From Verrucomicrobiales bacterium (lineage in GTDB: Bacteria; Verrucomicrobiota; Verrucomicrobiia; Verrucomicrobiales; SLCJ01): a DNA stretch of 24,922 nt. Each line of letters starts with the position of its first letter. Within the stretch, counting starts at the first letter, position 1. Both the position numbers and the translations under genes were made by a program. Shown here in pieces: positions 7,980-15,943 of this stretch. The notes beneath the pieces are model-generated. The model ran no database searches, was not told the DNA's origin, and worked only from the letters and a program-made list of their open reading frames with translations. Location of the stretch: contig JBJTQJ010000080.1 in assembly GCA_046075565.1 (NCBI GenBank), positions 1 to 24,922 on the forward strand. The letters run 5' to 3'.

Positions 7980-8990
7980 TTGAACCAACCGACCAAATTG
8001 CGGGACATCGCGGAACTCCTTGGCTGCTCGGCGGCCACCGTTTCCAACGCCATCAACGGACGGGGCCGGATGAAGGAGGAAACCCGGCAGGCCATCATTG
8101 CCAAATGCGCGGAATTGAATTTTGTTCCGAATGCGGCGGGACGATCCCTGCGCATCCAGAGGACGAACGCGATCGGTGTGATCTACGCGCCATCCTTCGC
8201 CGAGCTATTTGCCAACGTCTTTTATGCGCGCATCATGGAGGGCCTCGCGGAAACCTTCGGCGAAGCGGGTCTCGATCTCGTGCTTGGCAGCCGCAGGGAT
8301 CACGAAGGCATGCCCTCGATTGTCCGCCAGGGCAAGGTGGATGCCCTGGTCGTGCTCGCCGGAACCTTCAGCACTCCCGATTATGAGGTCCTCCGCCAAT
8401 GCCCGGTGCCCCTGTGTATCGTGGACGGCTACATCGGGTCCATCGACGCGGATTCGCTGACCAGCGATGGATTCGGCGGCGCGCAGCAAGTGGCGGAGTA
8501 TCTTTTCCAGCAGGGCCACCGACGGCTTGTCATGACCGCTTACCGCAGCCCTCTTTACAACGTGGAGCAACGTATCGCGGGCTTCCTATCCGGCCTGCGC
8601 TCTTGCGGTTTGGATGCCCATGAAGCGGACGTGCTCATCCGCACGGACACGGACGACGAGGCGGCCGCGCAGCTTTTAGCCCGGCTTGATTCTGCAACTC
8701 CTCCCACCGCCGTATTCGCGGTCAACGACACGATGGCCATGCACCTGATCGACTCGCTCTCCGCCGCCGGGCGCAAGGTTCCCGGGGATGTTTCCGTGGT
8801 CGGATTTGACGACGACCCCGTGGCCGCCAGTGCCCACCCGCCTCTCACCACCGTAGGACTGAAAAAGCGCGACATCGGCGCGGTCAGCGCCCGTCTCGTG
8901 CTCGAACGTCTCGCCGATCCGGAGAAACCATTCGTCCACCAGGTTCAGCCGACACGTCTGGTCGTCCGGGAATCGGTCGCAAAGCGGTAG
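7980..8990 (+). CDS. LacI/GalR-family transcriptional regulator
   Basis: HTH LRDIAELLGCSAATVSNAING, hinge FVPNAAGRSL, PTAVFAVNDTMA, VPGDVSVVGFDD, PPLTTV, LVVRES. In-frame TTG at 7980 chosen as the start, just before the HTH. Confidence 0.95.
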   Translation: MNQPTKLRDIAELLGCSAATVSNAINGRGRMKEETRQAIIAKCAELNFVPNAAGRSLRIQRTNAIGVIYAPSFAELFANVFYARIMEGLAETFGEAGLDLVLGSRRDHEGMPSIVRQGKVDALVVLAGTFSTPDYEVLRQCPVPLCIVDGYIGSIDADSLTSDGFGGAQQVAEYLFQQGHRRLVMTAYRSPLYNVEQRIAGFLSGLRSCGLDAHEADVLIRTDTDDEAAAQLLARLDSATPPTAVFAVNDTMAMHLIDSLSAAGRKVPGDVSVVGFDDDPVAASAHPPLTTVGLKKRDIGAVSARLVLERLADPEKPFVHQVQPTRLVVRESVAKR

Positions 8991-9122
8991 TCTGGAATTC
9001 GATCGATTGATCGATGAAACCGGATCTTGTGGGAAAACGGGTGGAGGTTCGAGTCCATCCCGACCAGCACTTTTGCTTTGGCTTCGTGTGGATGATGACT
9101 ATCGTGTTGCTGGTTTCCCCGC

Positions 9123-10847
9123 ATGAATTTCAAGTTCCGACGCACCAGCCACAGCGCACACCAAGCCGGCGCCGGTTGCTTGATCCCGTTCTCGCTGGTG
9201 TGGATGGCCTTGAGTTCGATGTTCGTGTATTTAGGGTTGTTCGGTTCTTCGGAAAAACACACCGCGGGTTAGGAGAAGGTTCCATGTGCCATCGAGAAAT
9301 TCAAAATCACCGATGACCCGGAAAAGGACGAGCCATTCGGGATCGATCTTGAGTTCCGCTACACTTTCCGGGGAGCCGTCTGCACGGGCACGAAGACCGG
9401 CAAGGATAACAATGAACATCGGGAAGATGACTACCACGACATGTTGGAAAGGCGGTCGGAGATCATGGCGAAGCCGGAGGCCGACTGCCTGGTCAACCCG
9501 CTGGAGCCATCGGAAGCCATGCTGAACATGGGCAAAAGCGGTGACCGGATCGGAGGGATCATCTTCGCCATCTTCGGAAGCTGTTTCTTCATGATTGGTG
9601 TCGGCTTGTTCGTCACCGCGATCCGGCAGGTGCGCAGGAGCAAACGCGAGGCGGCAGGCGGAACATCCGTGACCACTGCTTCCAACGAAGACACTCCCCG
9701 CCTGATCATGATTCCTTTCTTCTCGCTCTTCGCCCTCGCGGGAACAGGGATTCTGTTAGGCTTAATCGTCCCGATGTGGGTGAACTGGTGGTCCGCAAAG
9801 TCCTGGGCCGAAGTGCCGGGCGAGGTGATCTGGAGCCGCATCAAGTCCCACAAGGGGGAGGACAGCACGACCTACAGCGCGCATGTCTTTTACCGGTATG
9901 AATTCGGAGGCACCACCTACCGCTCCGACCGGACCTCGTTTTCGAAGGTGAATGGCTCCAACTCCGGCGCCCGCGAACAATTGGCGAACTATCCGGCGGG
10001 CGCGGTCATTTCCGTTTTCGTGGATCCTGAAAAACCGGAGAAGTCGATCCTGCGGAGAACCCTCGGGGGCAGCGCGTGGTTTTCCCTCTTTCCCCTGCCC
10101 TTCATGGCCGTGGGCTTCGGAGGATTGATCTGGATGCTGCGCGGCGGCGGAAAAAAAGAAAAGACCTCCGCGACCGGTGGCAAACGAAGGAGCGGACGAT
10201 CATCCACCGTGTCGATGCCCGGTCTGTCCACCCTGGCCCCGGGAGAAAGCCTGCGCCTCGCTCCGGGCAAAGGTCGGCTCCTGAGGGTGCTCGGTGCGCT
10301 CCTTGTAGCGGCTTTCTGGAATGGCATCGTGTCAGTGTTTCTCGTGAATTTGCTCAAAGACTGGGACAACAAAGGCTTTTCCTGGTTCCTCGCCATTTTC
10401 CTCACTCCCTTCGCAATCATTGGCCTCGGCCTCATCGCGGCTTTCCTGCACCAGGTTGGCGCTTTCTTCAATCCCCGTCTGGTGCTTCATCTCGATAGCG
10501 GCCAGCCCCGCCTCGGCACAACCATGAATCTGCGCTGGGAAATCCCCACCGGCGCCGGGCGATTGAAAGAGCTGAAAATCATCCTGCGCGGCGAAGAAGT
10601 TGCGACCTACCGGCGAGGCACGAACAGCGTGACGGAGCGCTCGACCTTCCACGAAGCGGAAATCCTCTCCACGGAGATGGTGGAAATGATGCGTACAGGC
10701 CGCGGCTCGACACGTCTTCCGGCGGAGTCGGTGCCGTCGTGGAAATCATCCAACAACCGCATCGAGTGGACCCTTTCCGTCGAAGGCACCATCGCCCTCT
10801 GGCCCGATGTTTCCGATACCCATTCCATCGAAGTCCTGCCCGCATGA
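9123..10847 (+). pseudogene. Membrane protein with two DUF3592-like domains and a C-terminal arrestin/SpoOM-like domain, interrupted by one in-frame TAG at 9270-9272
   Basis: ATG 9123 is in frame with ORF 9441-10847: MNFKFRR...GCLIPFSLVWMAL...TAG*EKVPCAIEKF...EFRYTFRGAVCTG...CLVNPLEPSEAML. This parallels the second domain SWAEVPGEV...FYRYEFGGTTYRS...VFVDPEKPEKSIL. Confidence 0.8.
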
Positions 10848-11269
10848 CCATGGCCGCGCCCGTCCTCCAAATCTCCCTCGACCGCAACCCGGCGGTCTAT
10901 CGTCCCGGTGAAAGTGTGGCCGGACGCGCGACGTGGCGCGAAGCTGCGCAGGCGAAGTCCATTGCGGTGCGTCTGTATTGGACGACCTCCGGACGCGTGA
11001 CCACGGACACGGAAGTGGTGGCCGAGTCGGTGGTTGAGAATCCATCGGACCAAGGCGAAACACGTTTCTCCCTGCTCCTGCTCCCCGCCCCACCATCTTT
11101 CAGTGGAAAACTAATCACCCTGTCCTGGGGCGTGGAGTTGCTGGTGGAACCGGGCGAACATGCCGCGCAGGTGGAAATCGTCGTCAGTCCGACCGAACAA
11201 GAAATCCGTCTGCCCGGACTGCCGGCGCGGCCCGGCGCGAAAAAGAAATGGTGGCGGCCCAACGAGTGA
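10844..11269 (+). CDS. Small arrestin-N/SpoOM-like beta-sandwich protein
   Basis: ATGA overlap with the upstream stop; LQISLDRNPAVYRPGESVAG...VRLYWTTSG...PPSFSGKLITLSWGVEL resembles the arrestin N-domain pattern. Confidence 0.75.
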   Translation: MTMAAPVLQISLDRNPAVYRPGESVAGRATWREAAQAKSIAVRLYWTTSGRVTTDTEVVAESVVENPSDQGETRFSLLLLPAPPSFSGKLITLSWGVELLVEPGEHAAQVEIVVSPTEQEIRLPGLPARPGAKKKWWRPNE

Positions 11270-11312
11270 ATCCCGGCTTGCGTGATGGCTGATCCCCACG
11301 GATCGTCCGCAC

Positions 11313-12092
11313 ATGCGACCCGATAAACGCTCTCCCGATCAACTCCGCCCCATTTCCTTCATCCCCGGCATCGCTCCGCACGCGCAGGGTTCGGTGCTCG
11401 TCTCCTTCGGGAATACGCGGGTCATTTGCGCCGCCTGCATCGAGAATTCGGTGCCGAGATGGATGCAGGTGCAGAACGTGCAAGGCGGTTGGCTGACGGC
11501 GGAATACTCGATGTTACCGTATTCGACACTGGAACGCAAAGGCCGCGACATCACCCGCGGAAAACAGGATGGACGATCGACGGAGATCCAACGACTCATC
11601 GGGCGCTCCTTGCGTGCTGCGGTCGATTTGAAGGCCCTCGGCTCGCGCACCCTTTGGATCGATTGCGACGTGCTCCAAGCCGACGGGGGAACCCGCACCG
11701 CCTCCATCACCGGGGCGACCGTGGCCTGCGCCATCGCCTTTCAGAAATTGGTGGCGGAAAAAGTCATCCCCCGTTCGCCGCTCAAGAAACTGGTCGCGGC
11801 CATCTCCGTGGGAATGCTCAAGGATGCCGCCCTGCTCGACCTGTGTTACGTGGAAGACCGGGATGCAGAGGTGGACTGCAACGTGGTGATGACCGAAGAC
11901 CTCGATTTTGTCGAAATGCAGGGCAGCGGGGAAGAGGCCACCTTTACCAGCACCCAGATGGAGGCCATGCTCGGCCTGGCGCGGAAGGGAATCGGGGAAA
12001 TCGTGGAATTGCAACGAGCAGCCATAAACGCCAGCAAGACCCCCGCCAGCCCGGCCGATTTAAGCTCTCTTCTTGGCTACTTTGCGAAATAA
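11313..12092 (+). CDS. rph: Ribonuclease PH
   Basis: [54 protein letters not shown]. Confidence 0.98.
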   Translation: MRPDKRSPDQLRPISFIPGIAPHAQGSVLVSFGNTRVICAACIENSVPRWMQVQNVQGGWLTAEYSMLPYSTLERKGRDITRGKQDGRSTEIQRLIGRSLRAAVDLKALGSRTLWIDCDVLQADGGTRTASITGATVACAIAFQKLVAEKVIPRSPLKKLVAAISVGMLKDAALLDLCYVEDRDAEVDCNVVMTEDLDFVEMQGSGEEATFTSTQMEAMLGLARKGIGEIVELQRAAINASKTPASPADLSSLLGYFAK

Positions 12093-12127
12093 CAACCCCT
12101 TGGCGAAGATTTCCCGAAATTTTCCAC

Positions 12128-12156
12128 TTGAAAACAGGACTAGGAATTCCTACACT
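12128..12156 (+). promoter_or_regulatory. Sigma-70 promoter of the outer-membrane protein gene
   Basis: TTGAAA-N17-TACACT, 30 bp before ATG 12187. Confidence 0.7.
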
Positions 12157-12186
12157 GCTAGGCTGAGTAAGCAAACCAGACCAACT

Positions 12187-12729
12187 ATGAAATTGACCAC
12201 CCTTACCACGATTGCCCTTTTGGGCGCCGCTTCCACCCTCGTCGCCGGCCCGATGTCCTCGGGCAAAGACGGCAAGGTTACTGTCACCCAGCCTCCCGTT
12301 GAAACGGGTTGCGACGCCTTCAACGGCGGTCTTGCTGCGAGTGCCTATGGCTTGTTCCTCACCCCCGACGCCGATGTCGAAGACGACACTTTCGGCGGTG
12401 GTATCGGTGTGGAATACTTCTTCAACCAATACTTCGGTATCGCCGGTTCCGCCCAGTGGGCCGACCCAGGTGAGTCGCTCGTGCACAACTACAGCGCCGA
12501 CGCCGTGGTTCGTTACCCGATCACCTCGATCTGTATCGCTCCTTACGCCTTCGGTGGTGTTGGTTACCACACCAACTCGTCCAACGAAGTCATCGGTCGC
12601 GCCGGCGCCGGCCTCGACGTCCGCCTCTGGGACGCCAATGGCATCTTCGCCGACTACACCTACACCTTCCCGGGTGGTGACCTCGAAGACTACCAACTCA
12701 TCCGTTTTGGCGTGAAGTTCGCGTTCTAA
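12187..12729 (+). CDS. Small outer-membrane beta-barrel protein (OmpA/OmpW-like, probably 8-stranded)
   Basis: Signal peptide MKLTTLTTIALLGAASTLVA, verrucomicrobial GPMSSGKDGK leader, alternating strands, APYAFGGVGY, C-terminal FGVKFAF. Confidence 0.88.
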   Translation: MKLTTLTTIALLGAASTLVAGPMSSGKDGKVTVTQPPVETGCDAFNGGLAASAYGLFLTPDADVEDDTFGGGIGVEYFFNQYFGIAGSAQWADPGESLVHNYSADAVVRYPITSICIAPYAFGGVGYHTNSSNEVIGRAGAGLDVRLWDANGIFADYTYTFPGGDLEDYQLIRFGVKFAF

Positions 12730-12758
12730 TTCGCAGCTGAACCTAATCCAATCTTCAC

Positions 12759-12790
12759 AACCCGGAGGTGGCAACACCTCCGGGTTTTTT
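12759..12790 (+). terminator. Rho-independent terminator
   Basis: Perfect stem AACCCGGAGGTG/CACCTCCGGGTT, GCAA tetraloop, followed by a T-run. Confidence 0.93.
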
Positions 12791-12868
12791 GTTTCCCTCC
12801 CCCACCCTCTCCTTACGGAGATTGCTGCGGAACCGGCTTAAAGTTTGAACCGATTTTCGTGAGCTGGT

Positions 12869-13480
12869 ATGCTACGGTGCAAGCACTTGAACCGACTGAC
12901 CATTCGACCCGCCGACAATCCCTTCTCCACCGCGAGGGTGGAAAAGGTGTTGGCGTTCCGCCCCGAGTGGTCGGGCCTTGATCGGGGTCATTTGCTGGAA
13001 GTGGTTCGCAGCGCGGGCCCTCCGGTGGCAATTGTCGGTCGTCACGGCAGCGGCAAGACGACATTGTTCGACTGGCTGACGGGCGAGTTGAATGAGAGCG
13101 GAGAGACCGTGCACCGAGTCTTCCTAAACGATCGTTATCCGACGGAGAGTTTCCTTGCATCTGCTCCGGCACCGCCGGAAGCCGCGGCGATTGTGCTCGT
13201 GGACGGCGAGGATCTCGCGTCGTGGAGACAACGGCGACAGCTGCGAGAGTGGTGGTCACCGGCCAAACGTGTCGTGCTCGCACGTCATTCTCGCGGACCA
13301 TATCCAGTCGCAGCCGAACTGATAGCCTCCCCTGCCCTGCTGCGCCGCTGCGTGCGCGAACTCGCACCCGATCACGCGGACGCTCTCGATGCCCGTCTCG
13401 ATGAATGGTTTCTTCTGGAGAATGGGAATCTGCGCCACTGCCTGCTGCGGTGTTTTGATTGGGTGGCAGCAGGTTGTTAG
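12869..13480 (+). CDS. Small P-loop ATPase of unknown function
   Basis: NPF motif, Walker A GRHGSGKTT, Walker B IVLVDGE; start codon uncertain. Confidence 0.75.
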   Translation: MLRCKHLNRLTIRPADNPFSTARVEKVLAFRPEWSGLDRGHLLEVVRSAGPPVAIVGRHGSGKTTLFDWLTGELNESGETVHRVFLNDRYPTESFLASAPAPPEAAAIVLVDGEDLASWRQRRQLREWWSPAKRVVLARHSRGPYPVAAELIASPALLRRCVRELAPDHADALDARLDEWFLLENGNLRHCLLRCFDWVAAGC

Positions 13481-13507
13481 AGGATTCGCCCGATGGCCAT
13501 CTTTCCC

Positions 13508-13601
13508 GTAGCGGCATCGCTTCCGATGCCGTTGGAGGAGGACCATCCACTTCCCCCGAGCCGCGACATCCTCCCCCCGGAACGCGAAGGCGTTCCGCTA
13601 C
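13508..13601. repeat. REPIN-like element: two inverted GTAG-type REP palindromes
   Basis: GTAG-CGGCATCG-CTTC-CGATGCCG (13508-13531, +) and GTAG-CGGAACGC-CTTC-GCGTTCCG (13601-13578, -). Confidence 0.8.
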
Positions 13602-14467
13602 TCCTTGAGAATGCTCGTTCGATCCAGCGGAGCACGCGCTTCTTTTCCCTGTTCGAGCCATTGGCGGATGGCGGATTGATCAGCGGATTCGAGCGCCGTG
13701 GCAGCCGAGGCGCAAGCCTCTCCGAGTTGGCGGACGAGCGGAGCGAGAGCGGCACGATTTTCGAGCAGGATTTCCGTCCACATGTCGGGAGGTCCGGCGG
13801 CGACTCGGGTCGTGTCGCGGAATCCACCGGCGGCAAAGGCGAGCAAGTCGGGCTTTCCACCGGCGGCGGTTTGGGATAGAAGCGCGGCGGCAAGATGAGG
13901 CAAATGACTGATGCGGGCAACCGTGGCATCGTGGTCGACGGGGTTGAGCCGGGCGACGCGGCAACCGAGGGCCGACCAGAAAGAGCTTACTTTTTCCACC
14001 GTCTCCGGTTTTTCCGCCGCATCGGGGGTTAGCATACACATGGCTCCGGCAAAGAGTCCCCGCCGGGCAGCGGCCAAGCCTTTTTGTTCGGAGCCGCACA
14101 TCGGATGCGACCCGACAAACGGGATGCCCGCCGCGCGCAGCACCGGGGCGGTGGCACGTTCGACGACGGCTTTCACGCTGCCCATGTCGGTGACGAGCTT
14201 TGGCGGCTCCCCTACGGCCGCGATGCGGTTGGCCAGCGCGGGCATGGCCCCAACCGGCGTGGCCAGCACGACGAGTTCGGCCCCGGCGACGGCGGCTTCG
14301 AGGTCGGTCGTGAAATGAGGCGCCAAGCCGAGCGGTTCGGCTTCGGCTCGGACGGCTTCCCGGCGCGCCCACAGGCGCAGGTCGGCAACACCGGCAGCCG
14401 CGAGGTCGAGGGCGAGCGAGCCGCCCAGCAAACCCGGTCCGAGGATGGCGATGGAGTCAGGAAACAT
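13598..14467 (-). CDS. tyrA: Prephenate/arogenate dehydrogenase
   Basis: GPGLLGGSL Rossmann motif, TDMGSVK, FVGSHPMCGSE, HDATVARISHLPH, GGFRDTTRVA. Confidence 0.95.
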   Translation of the reverse strand: MFPDSIAILGPGLLGGSLALDLAAAGVADLRLWARREAVRAEAEPLGLAPHFTTDLEAAVAGAELVVLATPVGAMPALANRIAAVGEPPKLVTDMGSVKAVVERATAPVLRAAGIPFVGSHPMCGSEQKGLAAARRGLFAGAMCMLTPDAAEKPETVEKVSSFWSALGCRVARLNPVDHDATVARISHLPHLAAALLSQTAAGGKPDLLAFAAGGFRDTTRVAAGPPDMWTEILLENRAALAPLVRQLGEACASAATALESADQSAIRQWLEQGKEARAPLDRTSILKE

Positions 14468-14528
14468 GAGGACGGCAAGGAAACCGCGCCGCGCCGTTCA
14501 TGCAAGTGGCAAGCCTGCAAATAAAAAG

Positions 14529-14542
14529 TGTTCATGTGAACG
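14529..14542 (+). promoter_or_regulatory. LexA box (Verrucomicrobia type, TGTTC-N4-GAACA)
   Basis: TGTTC-ATGT-GAACG, 9/10 match, ~100 bp upstream of dinB. Confidence 0.8.
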
Positions 14543-14643
14543 CATTTCAAGCTTGCCGGAAGGAACGCGGGGTTTTAGAGTGAAGGCAACGGAAGCGCGG
14601 TGGGGTCCGCCGCCTCCACGGAGGAAACCTTTTTTCGACAGCC

Positions 14644-15873
14644 ATGTTGCTTCATCTGGATGCGGACGCGTTTTTCGCCTCGGTCGAGCAGGCGGCCTGC
14701 GCGCGTTTGCGGGGAAGACCGGTGGCCGTGGGAGGAGCGCGGCGGGGCATCATCGCGAGCGCGAGTTACGAGGCGCGGAAGCTGGGCATTTACACGCCGA
14801 TGCCGACCTCGCTGGCGTTGAAGATTTGCCCGAAGTTGATTCTGTTGCCGGGGGATTTCGAGAAGTATGAGATGTTCTCGCGGCTGATGTTCAGTTACTT
14901 CCACGACTTCACGCCCTTGGTCGAGATCACGGGCATCGACGAGGGATATTGTGATTTGGGAGGCTTGCGGAAATGGCGGCCGGAAGATGCGGCAAGACGC
15001 ATCAGCGAGGCCATCGGGCAAAGCCTGCGTCTGCCGGTTTCCGAGGGCGTGGCGACGAACAAACTTGTCTCGCAGATCGCCTCGAAGCTGCGCAAGCCGC
15101 AGGGGTTCATTCACGTGCCGGCAGGTGAAGAAGCGGGATTTCTCGCTCCGCTGGAAGTGGAACGCCTGCCGGGCATCGGACCGAAAATGAAAGAACTTTT
15201 CCATCGGGCCGGGCTGCGGCAGATCGGGCAACTGGCCACCCTGCCGCCGGAGCACCTGCGGAGCGTGGCCGGAAACGGGGCGCGGGAGCTGGCGGAGTTC
15301 GCGCGGGGCGTGGATCGGCGGCCGCTGCGTCCGGACGAAGAACCCGCGCGCAGTTTCGGGGCACAGGAAAGCTTCGAGCAGGATACCTGCGACCACGGCG
15401 TGGTGCGCGATGCCCTGCGCTGCCTGATCGATGGATTGGTCCAGCGCATGAGGGGGGAATCGGCGAGCGCGCGGGTGGTGGCGCTGAAATTGCGCTACAC
15501 CGATCTGCAGGAAATCGAACGCTCGGAGAGCTTGGCCGAACCAAGTTGCCTGGCCGAGGATTTTTACACGAGTCTGGATCGTTTGCTGGAGAAGGCCTGG
15601 GATCGCCGGGTGCGGTTGCGTATGGTGCGGGTGAAATTGTCCGGCATCTACCACCATTGGCCGGCACACACCCTGCTTTACACCCTCGAGGGAAAAGACA
15701 AACACGAGCGATTGCAGGCGGTCATCGCGGACGTGCAAGGACGTTACGGGTCGAAGTCCCTCATGCGCGGGCACCAATGGCGGCGCGACCTCGCCCGGCG
15801 CGCCGGCGAAACACCCCCATCCTCCCCAGCGACGGCGACAAAATCTGCAAGAAATGGTTTTCGGTCAGCGTAA
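14644..15873 (+). CDS. dinB: DNA polymerase IV (Y family)
   Basis: LHLDADAFFASVEQ, ASYEARKLG, GIDEGYCD, SKLRKPQG, LPGIG. Confidence 0.95.
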   Translation: MLLHLDADAFFASVEQAACARLRGRPVAVGGARRGIIASASYEARKLGIYTPMPTSLALKICPKLILLPGDFEKYEMFSRLMFSYFHDFTPLVEITGIDEGYCDLGGLRKWRPEDAARRISEAIGQSLRLPVSEGVATNKLVSQIASKLRKPQGFIHVPAGEEAGFLAPLEVERLPGIGPKMKELFHRAGLRQIGQLATLPPEHLRSVAGNGARELAEFARGVDRRPLRPDEEPARSFGAQESFEQDTCDHGVVRDALRCLIDGLVQRMRGESASARVVALKLRYTDLQEIERSESLAEPSCLAEDFYTSLDRLLEKAWDRRVRLRMVRVKLSGIYHHWPAHTLLYTLEGKDKHERLQAVIADVQGRYGSKSLMRGHQWRRDLARRAGETPPSSPATATKSARNGFRSA

Positions 15874-15943
15874 CCGGACTCCGTCCTCCCGGCGGAAGTT
15901 TTGCCTTGCCCAGGGGGGGAAGTCATTCTCCACTTCAATCCTC

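Noticed and set aside
8999-9015. Overlapping GATC/TCGA palindromes after lacI
   Set aside because: Short and weak, with no U-tail; not supportable as a terminator or binding site.
9014-9316. 100-aa plus-strand ORF
   Set aside because: No recognisable motif; overlaps the better-supported 9123 frame of the DUF3592 gene.
9361-9380. Suspected second lesion (frameshift) in the DUF3592 gene
   Set aside because: On re-reading, TTC CGG GGA GCC keeps the frame; 9441-9123 is divisible by 3.
14575-15777. Long antisense ORFs (this 400-aa one; also 2156-3067, 20234-21151, 23026-24030)
   Set aside because: Shadows of well-supported genes on the opposite strand, expected with high-GC codon bias; no motifs.
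15870-15893. GTAACCGGACTCCGTCCTCCCGG as a possible REP at the dinB stop
   Set aside because: Stem too degenerate to distinguish from chance.
15913-15919. G7 run in the spacer of a possible TTGCCT-N17-CATTCT promoter (phase variation)
   Set aside because: Seven G's is short and unremarkable in a GC-rich genome; the promoter call itself is weak.
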